Of a DNA stretch of 64,000 nucleotides, positions 8,924-22,170 are shown one piece after another (position 1 is the first letter of the stretch; the number at the start of each line of letters is the position of its first letter). The translations under genes were made by a program, and so were the position numbers. Source of the DNA: TPA_inf: Saccharomyces (lineage: Eukaryota); NCBI GenBank assembly GCA_000146045.2, contig BK006947.3:352001-416000 (forward strand), in the 5' to 3' direction. The notes under the pieces are model-generated. The model saw only the letters and a list, made by a program, of their open reading frames with translations. It was not told the origin of the DNA and searched no databases.

Positions 8924-11900
8924 TTACCTCTGGTACCTACTGACGTAATTCCCACCCTTGGGACCTTGCGGAAGCGCCTGAGTATTGCTCTTTCTATTTC
9001 CGTTGTACCTTTGATTTTCATTGGCTCTATGGGCAGCACCGCTATCTCGTGTATTTCTATAATCTTGCGTTTGAAATTTGTTTCTAATTGTTTCATCCTT
9101 CTTGAATCTTTTATTCGGCTTTTCTTCATTTTCTGAAGGCGAGTCGCGCTTGTAAGATGAAGCTTGGTAAGGGTTGGCTTTGCTGCTGTCTTTGCCCTCT
9201 TGAAATGGCTTTTCAGGAAACCGTAATTGTGAACGTTGTGAACTGTTTTTCTTATACTCTTCACGTAAGCGGTTATCCCTTTGATCAAAACCATCGCCCC
9301 TGTCCGGACCTGTGGGTCTAAGTGCCCTACTTCTATCATTATATGTTTTACTTTTACTAGGTCTAGTTGGTAGTTCTGACCTTTTATGTGCATAACTACT
9401 GATTGGCTTAATATTTTTGGGTGCAGAACGATCATTGCTTGGTCCTCTATAGTTGGAACTACCATAACCATCTTTGCCTCCAGCATTTCCGCTGTACCTA
9501 CTTGATCTTTTGGTATATTCAGGAGCAGCAGCTTCAGAATATGAGCTAGTCGTATCTGGGTATGGCTCGCGCGAGATATTTTTAATATACCTTTTAAGCG
9601 AATCAATTTTTTCTGCAAAATCTGGATTTTGAGGATTTTGAATGAGTGTCCTAAAGTACCTTTCGAATATTTCCAAAGTCGAATTTCTAAAGTCGAATAT
9701 TGGCATATTTTGCTTAGATAATTTCCTTAAATTCCGAGTTTCATCGTCGTTCTCTACTAAGGAAATTGCCTTTTGTAAATGGTTCGTGGCCAAATAATGG
9801 TTTATATCGTCGACGTGCCTGGTGACTTTGGAATATGACCATTGACTACTAGAAGGTTTTGTTGGGATTACAGGCTCATTACGAGAATAAGTATATCTAT
9901 CCTTGCTATTTAATCCAGCACTGCCGCTTGCAACACTTTTGGGTGGATCATTTTGAAGTCTTTGCGACTTATTAAGCTCTAACTGCTTTCTTAAAGCTAC
10001 TTGCTTTTGTTCATTTTGGCAAGCTGTTTCATAATTTTTGATCTCTTCTAATTCCATTTCACGTATTCTCTTTTGTTCAGCTTCCTCTTCAGTTAAGGTG
10101 CAGAATTCGTCCAATTCTAAAGCGTCCTTCAAACGCGCTTTCAAATGGCCAATCAATGCGCTGCTTGGTAGTTTAATATCCTCCCTTTCTTCATTTATCA
10201 AGTTTTCCTCTAAAGTTGTGTAAACCAACTGGATATGAGCTTTCACTACAGGGAAGACACTAGTGACGTGCTTCATGAATTCAATACCGTTTCTAATTGA
10301 CATGTAATTTTTTTCGGATAAAAGGTCAATGACTTGCTCGGTAATTACTGAATGCCATTCATAAAGCTTTCGAGAAGCTTGGTCGTTGAAATCGCCATTT
10401 AATCTCATTTTTTCAAGCTTTTTAAGAACGTCAGTGAAAAACAGACCTAAATTGCCTGCTTCAGAGCTAGTACAACAGAACAGCAACGTTTTTAAAATAT
10501 TTGATGTAATACAAGTATTCAATATCGACATCAAATTTTCTGTCCTAAAAGCCATAAAGATAAAAAACGAAGAGAAGAGAGCATCTGAAGGAGAAAATAA
10601 AACCCTTGGCACAACACAATTCTGCAAGAATATCTTAATTTGATCTTCCCCGCAGTCTTTGTTCCAGACATTTGATTTTTCAGATATAAATTCTGAAGTT
10701 TTCTTGAAGGCTCTTTGATGCGAAATTCCAGTAACCAAAATATCCTTGATTTGATTCTGAATCAGGTGTTTTTTTCTATTTGACATGTGGCCCGTGTTTT
10801 CTCCGGATAGTGCATTCTTACGCTCGTCATATAGTGATTTATCGAAATGGATATCGTATAATGAAAGTCTCCAAAAAGTAGTGAAAAGATCCTTTGATAT
10901 TTTCGTTAAATCAACATCGCTAAACTCTGCACCTTCAATTAATTCATCAATAGAAAAATTCTCATTTGAGTTCAATTGATTATCCAAGTAGTCTCTCCAT
11001 ATGTGGAAAGTCCACGGTGTCGATAAATGGAACCTATTATTCAATTCTACAAATGGGAGAACATTCTCTTCAAATGCTTTCCCTTTCAAACAATGTTTAA
11101 TTAACTCAATAAACGACCATAACAATGTATTCATTTCATCGCATCTAGTGGATAAAATTTTGTAATGAGAATTTTGCGTATTTGCTTTCAGGTTTAAAGT
11201 GTATAACAGGAGAATAATCTCAGAAATAGCGCTCTGATCAGTGAAAAATGAGGTTAGCCTCGACGAAATAACCGAATTATCATCTCTAAAATCATATATG
11301 AGATGTCTTGCATATTGCTTTAATGGTGATCCTGAGTTTAACATTAATAGTTGCTTCATATTAACTTCGTTTAAGTCTCTAATGCCCCCGACTGTAATAA
11401 TTAATTCCTTTAGGATAGAAACTGCTATGATATTCCCATTATGCAACGTCTTTAAAATATAGGTGATTATATTTGAGATATCCATATTGGGACAATTTTT
11501 GGCCAAACCTGCAATAAATATTGATAATCTCTGGACCCACATGGCCTGGTTAACACCATCAAATTGAACAGCAGGCCTGTTATAAGTTAAGCGTAACAAT
11601 AATACAAATTGCAATACATCATACGCAAAATCGTTAAAGTACTTCGTGGTGTAAACAACAAGCTCAGAAACTTTGTCATAGTTTTCAATCTGCTTAACTG
11701 CTGGTACCAGTGAGGCCAATGGATTTGTAGAGATTAATTTGGCAAATCTCCTGGACTCTTTTGCGATTGTATCTATACTCAAAGCCTTCAAAATACTCTT
11801 CGCTTCTCTTTCGGCCTTATTGAAGCTCACCTTAAGCGGTAGAATATCTTGGGATAATTTCGTCATCATTTCGTTGTAAATAAAATATCTTTTTTCAAAA

Positions 11901-13717
11901 GGGAAAAATTTCATTAGTTCGTAAACTTCCGATGTGGCAATTGGATTGTTCTGCAATAGCGAGGTAGCTGGAAAAATGAATTTTCTTACATAGTCTATCC
12001 ACTTATCAATCGTAACATGCAGAGACTCAGAACCGTGGTTCTTTTGAATGTCAGCTACCCCAATACGTGAAATCTTACTCAAAAGCGTAGGAATTCTCCC
12101 CAAATACGGTCCTATGATAGATAAATAGATATGCGAGTTTTCAAATAGATCATTTACAGAAGCAAAAGGAGTCAAATTGGAATTCCACTCGCTGTAATAG
12201 AAGACGTAGCTTGAATTCAATTCAAGGGATTCAAATGGCTCGTGAGTTTTATATTTATGGATCAACCTTGGCTTATGGGCTAGAATACCATTATCTATAC
12301 GGGTTATCATCAAAGCAGTTGCCATATCTTTTGATTCACCAGATGAGGTCATTGATGTGTACAATGGATTTAAAAGATATTCAAATACTCTTCCCAAATA
12401 TCTAGATAAGGATTCACTAACATATAACACTTTCGGATATTGCTTTAACACATGTATCACGGGAATAACGCAACCATGTATGAGTAAGCGTTCCAAGAGT
12501 TTTATTTTACCAAATAATAAAATATCTTGCTGAGTTTTCTGCTTGCCTTTTGATTCTATATCAGCGTTTGTTTCCTCAGAGATTTTATCCTTCATATTAA
12601 CATCATCATTTACAACAAGGGCGTTGTCTTCGTCAGTTTCATTTTCAGTGGACAAAGCAGCTGCCATAGCCAAGGGATTTTCTACGCCTTTAGTGGACTC
12701 CTCTTCCAGTTCAGTTTCTAAGTTTTGAATATATTCTTGTAGAAATTCCATCTCTGGTTTAACGTTATCCCAAATAGAATAAAAATTGACAAACCCATTT
12801 TTCAGTAAAATGCAACACATATCCATATACCGTTCATAGTTTTCCTTATCGACTTCTTCGTTATATTGCGATAAATTGAATGAAATAATGTTTGCTGCAA
12901 TCATATTACCGCCTTCATTAAGAGAAGAATAATTGGAATTGTTAGCTACATGGCTAGATGGCCAAGAATCCGACTTTCGTAAAAGAGCAATAAAGAACTT
13001 GTACCCTTCAGTGATAAACTGACTAGAAACGTTCAAAATAACATCTAAAGTACGAATAGAATCCAAGGAATATTTCCCCATAATATGATAGATTTCTTTC
13101 AAATATGCGGACACTTTGGAAAAATTGTCGGGATCATAATACGCCAATATTAATAAGGCTACCAATTGACCATAACCCACTGAATTTTCTACCAAAAGGT
13201 TATATTTCTTCAGTTCGTATTTTGACTTTTTTAACAAATGCCTTAATAAGGTGGTTTGTTCCTTGTTGAGCAGCTTAGAGGATATCCAACTAAATTTGAA
13301 CAATTCTTCATGCAACGACGGTATTAGTTTACATAATGATATGGTTGTTAGATCATTTATATTTGGAACAGTGCTTGAGACGGCGATAAACATTTTACCA
13401 ACTATGGAAGCCTGGGACACTTGCCTTTCATGATTCACTAATTCATTAGTAAATGATGCAACATCAGAAAGCTTGAGGGGAGAATTTTCATCGTTTTTAT
13501 TTATGAAATCAAACAGTTCAATAAACAAAGTCCTCAACCAGTCTTCCTTTTCATCATTTGACTCCAGTGCAGTGAAATCGGAGCAGAGAGTTTTTGATCG
13601 TTCAGGCCAGTTTCGTATCACCTCTTCCGTTAAAATGCTTGCCTGACTAGGGGAAGCTGGTGGTATCACTTTTTGAGAAAGAGCGTTCAATTTGGAAAGT
13701 AGCGTCTGTTCTGCCAT
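8924..13717 (-). CDS. THO2: THO/TREX complex subunit Tho2 (1597 aa)
   Basis: 1615-aa ORF. The start is trimmed to the ATG at 13715..13717 (MAEQTLLSKLNALSQ...) to give 1597 aa. Long helical protein with a basic, low-complexity C-terminus. Confidence 0.92.
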   Translation of the reverse strand: MAEQTLLSKLNALSQKVIPPASPSQASILTEEVIRNWPERSKTLCSDFTALESNDEKEDWLRTLFIELFDFINKNDENSPLKLSDVASFTNELVNHERQVSQASIVGKMFIAVSSTVPNINDLTTISLCKLIPSLHEELFKFSWISSKLLNKEQTTLLRHLLKKSKYELKKYNLLVENSVGYGQLVALLILAYYDPDNFSKVSAYLKEIYHIMGKYSLDSIRTLDVILNVSSQFITEGYKFFIALLRKSDSWPSSHVANNSNYSSLNEGGNMIAANIISFNLSQYNEEVDKENYERYMDMCCILLKNGFVNFYSIWDNVKPEMEFLQEYIQNLETELEEESTKGVENPLAMAAALSTENETDEDNALVVNDDVNMKDKISEETNADIESKGKQKTQQDILLFGKIKLLERLLIHGCVIPVIHVLKQYPKVLYVSESLSRYLGRVFEYLLNPLYTSMTSSGESKDMATALMITRIDNGILAHKPRLIHKYKTHEPFESLELNSSYVFYYSEWNSNLTPFASVNDLFENSHIYLSIIGPYLGRIPTLLSKISRIGVADIQKNHGSESLHVTIDKWIDYVRKFIFPATSLLQNNPIATSEVYELMKFFPFEKRYFIYNEMMTKLSQDILPLKVSFNKAEREAKSILKALSIDTIAKESRRFAKLISTNPLASLVPAVKQIENYDKVSELVVYTTKYFNDFAYDVLQFVLLLRLTYNRPAVQFDGVNQAMWVQRLSIFIAGLAKNCPNMDISNIITYILKTLHNGNIIAVSILKELIITVGGIRDLNEVNMKQLLMLNSGSPLKQYARHLIYDFRDDNSVISSRLTSFFTDQSAISEIILLLYTLNLKANTQNSHYKILSTRCDEMNTLLWSFIELIKHCLKGKAFEENVLPFVELNNRFHLSTPWTFHIWRDYLDNQLNSNENFSIDELIEGAEFSDVDLTKISKDLFTTFWRLSLYDIHFDKSLYDERKNALSGENTGHMSNRKKHLIQNQIKDILVTGISHQRAFKKTSEFISEKSNVWNKDCGEDQIKIFLQNCVVPRVLFSPSDALFSSFFIFMAFRTENLMSILNTCITSNILKTLLFCCTSSEAGNLGLFFTDVLKKLEKMRLNGDFNDQASRKLYEWHSVITEQVIDLLSEKNYMSIRNGIEFMKHVTSVFPVVKAHIQLVYTTLEENLINEEREDIKLPSSALIGHLKARLKDALELDEFCTLTEEEAEQKRIREMELEEIKNYETACQNEQKQVALRKQLELNKSQRLQNDPPKSVASGSAGLNSKDRYTYSRNEPVIPTKPSSSQWSYSKVTRHVDDINHYLATNHLQKAISLVENDDETRNLRKLSKQNMPIFDFRNSTLEIFERYFRTLIQNPQNPDFAEKIDSLKRYIKNISREPYPDTTSSYSEAAAPEYTKRSSRYSGNAGGKDGYGSSNYRGPSNDRSAPKNIKPISSYAHKRSELPTRPSKSKTYNDRSRALRPTGPDRGDGFDQRDNRLREEYKKNSSQRSQLRFPEKPFQEGKDSSKANPYQASSYKRDSPSENEEKPNKRFKKDETIRNKFQTQDYRNTRDSGAAHRANENQRYNGNRKSNTQALPQGPKGGNYVSRYQR

Positions 13718-14032
13718 AAAGTCCTGAAAATGTATACTGGTGCGAATATGTATCAACTGAAACCGTTTCACCCTATTATGCTTTAGATAAAGACGATAAA
13801 ATCACAGCCCTATAATTTATGCAACAGTGTTTGCTTCTAAATCAACGTGTTCCCTGGGCATAAACTCTCATACGTTATGTCGCTATTGAAGAAATAGCGG
13901 AAAATCTTACGCCGAAGTTAGCGTTGTCACCCGGGAAGAAGAGAAGAACATAAGCCTTCTCATTCAGAACATGTAAATAGTGGCTAAAATGGTTATATTA
14001 CACAATTCGAAACAGTGAAATTAAGAAAAGAA

Positions 14033-14412
14033 ATGGTATGTTACGTTCTATTGCGCTTTAGTTTGAATTGAAATCATCTTTACCATGGTACTAACTACGC
14101 TTGCGATGAATCGTGCAAGTCCGTGCGGCTTATACGTAATGCTAATACTCAAAACAGGCGGAAAAGCAGAGGCAGTTGAAGTTGCAGAAGATATACAAAC
14201 AAAAGTACATCGGACTGGGAGATGAGAGCACTACACGAGAACAGTGGCAGAGAAATGTGAGAAACGATACACTAAATACATTACAAGGCCACTCCGCATC
14301 TTTGGAGTACGTTTCATTGAGCCGAGGAGACCTTAGTATACGTGACACTCGTATTCACCTCCTGAAATCCATGTCCCCTGGCTATAAAGCCTACTTACGA
14401 GAAGAGAGGTAG
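14033..14412 (+). CDS. YSF3: SF3b splicing factor small subunit, 85 aa. Spliced: exon 1 is 14033..14035 (ATG only) and exon 2 is 14158..14412.
   Basis: ATG at 14033 is followed directly by GTATGT (14036..14041). TACTAAC branch point at 14089..14095. 3' splice site AG at 14156..14157. The spliced reading frame gives MAEKQRQLKLQKIYKQKYIGLGDE..., matching Ysf3. Confidence 0.8.
14036..14157 (+). other. YSF3: YSF3 intron (122 nt)
   Basis: GTATGT 5' splice site, TACTAAC branch point and AG 3' splice site, as described for the CDS. Confidence 0.8.
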
Positions 14413-14740
14413 GACGTTGAAGCCACATCCATAAATAATTTTTACATAAAATTACGCCTCGTATGTCGTTCTCAAGATTTATGGTAGAGATCACACTCAG
14501 TCAGTAACCTTTTAGGCATTGATTCTAGTAACTGTCGAACATTATTAACCTTGATGTTTATATAAAGATATAAAATGTTGGGACAGTATACAATTCATAT
14601 CGTTTAAAATGATCTATACATGTCGCGTGAAGTCATAAACAGGGATTTAGAAGTGAAATCTTTTGGTAGTATAGGGGAAAACTCAGCTTGAAACTTTTCG
14701 TAATTGAGTAGGCCAAGTTGCAACCGTGTGAAATCGAATC

Positions 14741-16321
14741 ATGCCTGACTCTAAGTACACAATGCAAGGTTATAACCTTGTTAAGCTATTAAAAAGGCTA
14801 GAAGAAGCCACTGCAAGATTAGAGGATGTCACCATCTATCAAGAAGGTTATATTCAGAATAAATTGGAGGCATCTAAAAATAACAAGCCTTCCGACTCCG
14901 GGGCCGATGCGAATACTACGAATGAACCTTCTGCAGAAAATGCTCCTGAAGTAGAACAAGATCCGAAATGCATAACTGCGTTCCAATCTTACATCGGTGA
15001 GAATATTGATCCGCTGGTAGAATTATCAGGAAAGATCGACACGGTGGTCTTAGATGCTTTGCAGTTGCTAAAGGGAGGCTTTCAATCGCAATTGACTTTT
15101 TTAAGAGCTGCTGTGAGATCAAGAAAACCGGATTATTCTTCTCAAACTTTCGCTGATTCTTTAAGACCTATCAACGAAAATATTATAAAGCTGGGTCAAT
15201 TGAAGGAATCAAACCGTCAAAGCAAATACTTCGCATATTTGAGCGCTTTATCTGAGGGTGCTCCTTTGTTCTCCTGGGTTGCAGTGGACACTCCCGTGTC
15301 TATGGTCACAGATTTCAAGGACGCAGCACAGTTTTGGACTAATAGAATTTTGAAAGAATACAGAGAGTCTGATCCTAATGCTGTTGAATGGGTTAAGAAA
15401 TTTTTGGCCTCTTTCGATAATTTGAAAGCCTACATTAAAGAGTATCATACTACTGGGGTTTCCTGGAAAAAAGACGGTATGGATTTTGCTGACGCGATGG
15501 CACAATCAACGAAGAATACAGGTGCTACTTCATCTCCTTCGCCAGCAAGTGCTACAGCGGCTCCAGCACCACCACCTCCTCCACCAGCCCCACCAGCTTC
15601 CGTCTTTGAAATCTCTAATGATACACCAGCAACGAGTAGTGATGCTAACAAAGGCGGTATTGGCGCGGTCTTCGCCGAACTAAATCAGGGTGAAAATATC
15701 ACTAAGGGTTTGAAAAAAGTAGACAAATCCCAACAAACTCACAAAAATCCTGAATTACGTCAATCCTCTACAGTTTCTTCCACAGGAAGTAAATCCGGTC
15801 CACCACCAAGGCCAAAAAAGCCATCAACATTGAAAACTAAGAGGCCTCCTAGAAAGGAATTGGTAGGAAACAAATGGTTTATTGAGAATTACGAAAATGA
15901 AACTGAATCTCTGGTTATTGATGCAAATAAAGATGAGTCTATCTTCATAGGTAAATGTTCTCAAGTTCTTGTTCAAATAAAAGGAAAAGTTAACGCTATC
16001 TCGTTGAGTGAAACTGAGTCATGCAGTGTTGTTCTTGATTCTAGCATTTCCGGTATGGATGTCATCAAATCCAACAAGTTTGGCATTCAAGTTAACCATT
16101 CCCTACCTCAAATCTCCATTGATAAATCTGACGGCGGTAACATCTATTTATCCAAGGAATCCTTGAATACTGAAATCTACACCTCGTGCTCAACTGCTAT
16201 TAACGTCAACTTACCAATCGGCGAGGACGATGATTACGTAGAATTCCCAATCCCTGAACAGATGAAGCATAGCTTCGCTGATGGTAAGTTCAAATCTGCT
16301 GTTTTCGAACATGCTGGTTAA
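14741..16321 (+). CDS. SRV2: Adenylyl cyclase-associated protein (CAP), 526 aa
   Basis: Full ORF. Poly-proline profilin-binding tract ([14 protein letters not shown]), a WH2-like region and a C-terminal CARP domain. Recognised as Srv2. Confidence 0.95.
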
Positions 16322-16594
16322 TATTGCGAGGAGCATTAATTGTATTTAGTTAAAAGAAATAAATCACATTTGAATCAATCAGAAAGAAAAGTGAATGAAT
16401 AAACAATTATATACTTTTTGTAAAACCTTTTTTTCATGTGTAACCTTTTCTTAAAGAAGTAACAGGAAAACGAGGAGCGACTAAGTGACTACTTGATCGT
16501 TCGAGTAGAACTTAAAAACAAAAAAAATTAAATATTTACAGTGTAAAGAGAGGCTGAAGATCAGTCAAAAGACGCGTGCAACAATACACGACGA

Positions 16595-18067
<1,473 letters not shown>

Positions 18068-18367
18068 TTAATTGTAACCAGTCTTCCGTACCAAAAAAGT
18101 ATAAAGGAGCTCCTACTCGATATATATTCGAATTAGTTGCACTTCCTCTGGGGAAACCTTCACCTTTTTGACCGTTCGCTCTCTCTTTTTGTATATCTTC
18201 AGCATAGTTCCTTAACTAATACTGCGAAGCGAAACGTATCCGGCTGCCACCATGAAAAGTAAAATCGTGCTTAACGAAGAAATCAATCATATAATCTATG
18301 AAGATGGATTGGCGGAGTTTATTAGAAGTTGCTAGCTGCTAGTGAAGAAAAGGGAATCGTGGATGTG

Positions 18368-19645
18368 ATGGTAGTACATTGGACAATTGTGGATGAAATA
18401 CGACTTCTTAGATGGGCATCTGAATTCAAACCGGCCGGAATTCATAAGCATTTCCACATGTTTTGCATAGTGGAAAGAATGAATTCGCCAGATAAGTATC
18501 CAGTGACGCTATTACAGAAAGAAACCATGAAGTTGGGGAAGGTATTTACTGCAAAAGACATATGGGATAAGTTGAGCCAATCTTACAATTTAGAGAAAAT
18601 TGATGAAATGGAGAATACATATTCCTTGGAAGCCACTACAGAGAGTTCACGGAATGGCAATGGAAATGGTGACGATGCAGAAATTCATGAAGAAACTTTA
18701 CTTGAATTGAATAATCGAATAAGAGTACGCAAGCAAGATTTTACATTACCTTGGGAGGAATACGGTGAGTTGATCTTAGAAAATGCAAGAAAAAGTCCAA
18801 ACTCTAACGAAGAGTATCCTCGAGTTGAAGATATGAATGAGAAAGATAGTACAATTCCAAAGGAAAGTCCTTCTACAGACCTAAAGAACGACAACAATAA
18901 ACAGGAAAAAAATGCGACAATTAAAGTGAAAGAGTTGCCTGAATATCATACAGAGGAAAATGATAGCCCCATAGACGTCCAGAAAGAACCCATTAAGGAG
19001 GTGCAAAGCGATGAAAAGGAACTCCAGAGGGAACATATGAGTGAAGAAGAACAGAAAATGAAAAGTACAAATAAAACAGCAGCTCCAGTAAGAAAATCTC
19101 AAAGGTTGAAAAGAAGTAAGGAAGTTAAATTTGAAGATGAAGAAAAGGAAGAGATAGAAGAAGATAATACGAAAGACGAAGAACAGAAAGAAAAGAAAGA
19201 GGAGATCCAGGAGCCAAAAATAACCCACAATGAAGAAGTAGATAAGGAAAAAAACGAAAACGAAGAAGGTGATGATGAGCGTGAAAAATCCACCTCTTAT
19301 GAAAATACCAATGGCTCTGAAAGCGAAGGAGTTGACGAAGGAGTTGACGAAGAACTGGGATACGAGTCTGAACGTGAGGCAGAAGGTAAAGGAAAACAAA
19401 TTGAATCAGAAGGGGGCAACTTAAAGAAAAAAACGGAAAACAAAAAAGGAGATGATCAACAGGATGATACCAAAAAGGATTCTAAGGACAAAAATGAACC
19501 ATTAGCAAAGAGAACTAGGCATTCATCATCCACAGGTAATACTAGCAATGAAACCTCGCCGAAAAGGAAAAGGCGGAAGGCAGGCTCTCGTAAAAATAGC
19601 CCTCCTGCCACAAGAGTTTCCAGCAGGCTACGAAATAAAAAATAA
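18368..19645 (+). CDS. EAF7: NuA4 histone acetyltransferase complex subunit (425 aa)
   Basis: 438-aa ORF trimmed to the ATG at 18368 (MVVHWTIVDEIRLLRW...). The C-terminal half is K/E/D-rich low complexity. Confidence 0.82.
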   Translation: MVVHWTIVDEIRLLRWASEFKPAGIHKHFHMFCIVERMNSPDKYPVTLLQKETMKLGKVFTAKDIWDKLSQSYNLEKIDEMENTYSLEATTESSRNGNGNGDDAEIHEETLLELNNRIRVRKQDFTLPWEEYGELILENARKSPNSNEEYPRVEDMNEKDSTIPKESPSTDLKNDNNKQEKNATIKVKELPEYHTEENDSPIDVQKEPIKEVQSDEKELQREHMSEEEQKMKSTNKTAAPVRKSQRLKRSKEVKFEDEEKEEIEEDNTKDEEQKEKKEEIQEPKITHNEEVDKEKNENEEGDDEREKSTSYENTNGSESEGVDEGVDEELGYESEREAEGKGKQIESEGGNLKKKTENKKGDDQQDDTKKDSKDKNEPLAKRTRHSSSTGNTSNETSPKRKRRKAGSRKNSPPATRVSSRLRNKK

Positions 19646-19881
19646 TCACTGCTCATATATAGATCGCGATAATAAACGCTCATCCGTTCCATAGAGGTAT
19701 CTGTATTTAATGTAGTGTAGCAGATATAGAATAAAATAACCTTAATGAAGAAATAGAATATACGTATGCTTCTCCTTGTCTAATCTTTTGTAATTATATA
19801 TCTATTTCAATTAAGGCTCAGATACTTACCATAAACATAAATAAAAAGCAGAAAGGCGGCTCAATTGATAGTACTTTGCTT

Positions 19882-20226
19882 TTAGTTGACCTTCAACAAT
19901 TCGACGTCGAAAACCAAAGTACTGTTTGGTGGAATCAAACCTGGGAAACCACGTGGGCCATAAGCATATGGGCCAGGGATGGTTAACCTAGCTTTTTCAC
20001 CAACAGACAACTTTGGAATACCAACATCCCAACCCTTGATGACTTGGCCGACACCGATGTTACATTGGAATGGAGAGCCCCTGTCAACGGAGGAATCGAA
20101 TTTTTGGCCGTTCTCCAAGGTACCGGTGTAATGAATGGTAACCAAGTCACCTGTCTTTGGGAAGGTGGCACCATCACCTGGGGAAATTCTGTCAATTTTG
20201 ACGTTACCTTCAATTACTTCAGACAT
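19882..20226 (-). CDS. FPR1: FKBP12 peptidyl-prolyl isomerase (rapamycin/FK506 receptor), 114 aa
   Basis: Full [49 protein letters not shown]... is an unmistakable FKBP domain. Confidence 0.97.
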   Translation of the reverse strand: MSEVIEGNVKIDRISPGDGATFPKTGDLVTIHYTGTLENGQKFDSSVDRGSPFQCNIGVGQVIKGWDVGIPKLSVGEKARLTIPGPYAYGPRGFPGLIPPNSTLVFDVELLKVN

Positions 20227-20450
20227 TATTACTTGTTTTGATTGATTTTTTGCTTATACTCGAGTTTAGGTGAAAGGCCTTACTTTAAGCTTTCACGAGT
20301 TTATCCACCAAATTCTTTCAACGACGTCTCTCTTCCGGCAATTTTTTTTGCCCGAAAAAGACTAAGGCGGGTGAGGGGAATTGAACGGCACTATAATGTG
20401 GAGGTAAACAGAATGATCAAGCGCTATATACATAAGTAGCTATAGATTAT

Positions 20451-21581
20451 TTATTTCAAGACGGCAACCAACTTTTCGCCAGAATTCCTCCCGTGCTTAA
20501 TATCATCAAGTAACTGTGGGATATCATCTAACCCGTTCTTGTAAACTTTCACTGGGATGTGGTGGATTTCACCATCATTGATTTTTGGATTGATGAACTT
20601 AATAAATTTTATGGCGGCTTCCTTGTATTCAGGGTCTGCTGGCAAAGTAAACGTGCCAAATGGGACGTCGTTACCTCCTATCAAATATAGAAGGGTTCCT
20701 TCAATACTGACGTTTTGCCTCCTGTCTTCCTCCTTGATATCTTTTTCGGTTAAAACGGTCAATTGAACGACCGTAGCGTCTAAGTCATCAGCGGCACATT
20801 TGTACACCTGTTGAATAGTTTCTGTGTTGGAGACACAGTCCACCAAGTAAGGAATGTTGTTGTACTTCTTTTTTATCTGTTCGATAACGTCAGCATCGTG
20901 GTAGTCAAAAAGTTCATCTGCACCGTACTCTTTCAACAATTTTTCATGTTTACGAGAAGCAACGACGATGATCTTGCTGAAACCGTTTAGTTTTTTTGCC
21001 AATTGAATAAGCATCTGGCCAACAGCAGTGGCACCACCCCAAAATAAGATGGGTTGATCTCTTTGCGCTTTGGAGGGCTTCCATGTCATGTCCAAGCCAA
21101 AACTATGTGTAAGGATCATACCAGCCGTGGTCAATGAGACTGGGAGGGATACTGCCCCTTCTAAAGATTTTACGGGGCCTTCTGGTAGCTTGTCTTTACC
21201 GCACAATCTAAACTCTCTGGCTGGTTTATAAGCAGTCTCGGATGAAATGGCAGAGTACTCAGCAAAGGCACCGTTTGAGGGGAACCTCACTGAAGCACCG
21301 TGAATAACCCCATAAATGTAATCACCAATGGCAAAGCGTGCAGCATCAACATTTGGGCCCAACTTTACGATTTGGCCGGCTGCATCACAGCCTAAGAGGG
21401 CACCTTGAGGACCAATCTTGAAATCAATATGTTTCCAATCGGTAGGGTTACCGGCAACGGCGACAGTCTTAATTAGAACAAATCCTTCTTCTAATTCAGG
21501 AATTGGAATGTCCTGTTTGACTACAGCCTTGCCATTTTCAATGACAACGGCTTTCATGGTTTCTGGAATCGAGGCGGACAT
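20451..21581 (-). CDS. YNL134C: MDR-superfamily (zinc-less alcohol dehydrogenase / quinone oxidoreductase-like) NADPH-dependent reductase, 376 aa
   Basis: Full ORF with a Rossmann GGATAVGQ nucleotide-binding motif and the GroES-like N-terminal fold signature of MDR enzymes. An AGGGG (STRE-like) motif lies upstream, around 21873. Confidence 0.85.
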   Translation of the reverse strand: MSASIPETMKAVVIENGKAVVKQDIPIPELEEGFVLIKTVAVAGNPTDWKHIDFKIGPQGALLGCDAAGQIVKLGPNVDAARFAIGDYIYGVIHGASVRFPSNGAFAEYSAISSETAYKPAREFRLCGKDKLPEGPVKSLEGAVSLPVSLTTAGMILTHSFGLDMTWKPSKAQRDQPILFWGGATAVGQMLIQLAKKLNGFSKIIVVASRKHEKLLKEYGADELFDYHDADVIEQIKKKYNNIPYLVDCVSNTETIQQVYKCAADDLDATVVQLTVLTEKDIKEEDRRQNVSIEGTLLYLIGGNDVPFGTFTLPADPEYKEAAIKFIKFINPKINDGEIHHIPVKVYKNGLDDIPQLLDDIKHGRNSGEKLVAVLK

Positions 21582-22170
21582 GCTTGATATGCAGTATGAT
21601 ATTGCTTTTTGCTGTGTATAGTTAACGATTTTTTTTCAACTAGAATTACAGTACTAATCAAGAAGTGAGAGGAAGAAAACGGCAAAAAAAAAACTCTCTC
21701 CTTTTAAATCGAAGCATTGCCGAAATACCTTAAAAACGGTCTTAAATCCTTAACATCTGTCCTTACTAATCGATGCCAATCCAACGGAGGGAGCCCATAT
21801 GCTAGGTACTAAGAGTACGCAGGGGCGGAACCGCGCGACAACCGTAAGCGGATCCGAGGAACTTTAGTCAGCAGGGGCTGTGATGACCATTAAAAAATTG
21901 CGGACACAGGTAGTGGAACGAGCAATCAATGTGATCAATTTGCCATTTCATTCCACGAAATGGTTTCCATTCTAAGCATGAATGCTTTGACGTTACGGGT
22001 GTTGGTTATTTCGGTTCTTTTTATTGCTTCCGTGGGCACGTACGAGAAGGGAAGATGAATAGAAAAAGAGTTTCCGAGTTTTGTATGTCCAATGTTTACA
22101 TAATTTATATAACTTGAAGTTTAATCTTGGCATAAAGCTCTAGTTGTGACGAAGTGTGTAGGCCATCACA

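Noticed and set aside
8917-9618. 233-aa minus-strand ORF overlapping the 3' end of THO2 in another frame (probably the dubious YNL140C-type call), plus several 60 to 85-aa plus-strand ORFs inside THO2 (10038..13433)
   Set aside because: They lie entirely within the well-supported THO2 coding region. The K/R-rich composition is what an alternative frame of a basic low-complexity region produces. No independent signals.
18881-19399. 172-aa Phe/Leu-rich ORF antisense to EAF7
   Set aside because: It is a mirror image of the K/E-rich (AAG/GAA-rich) EAF7 coding strand. Composition-driven, not a gene.
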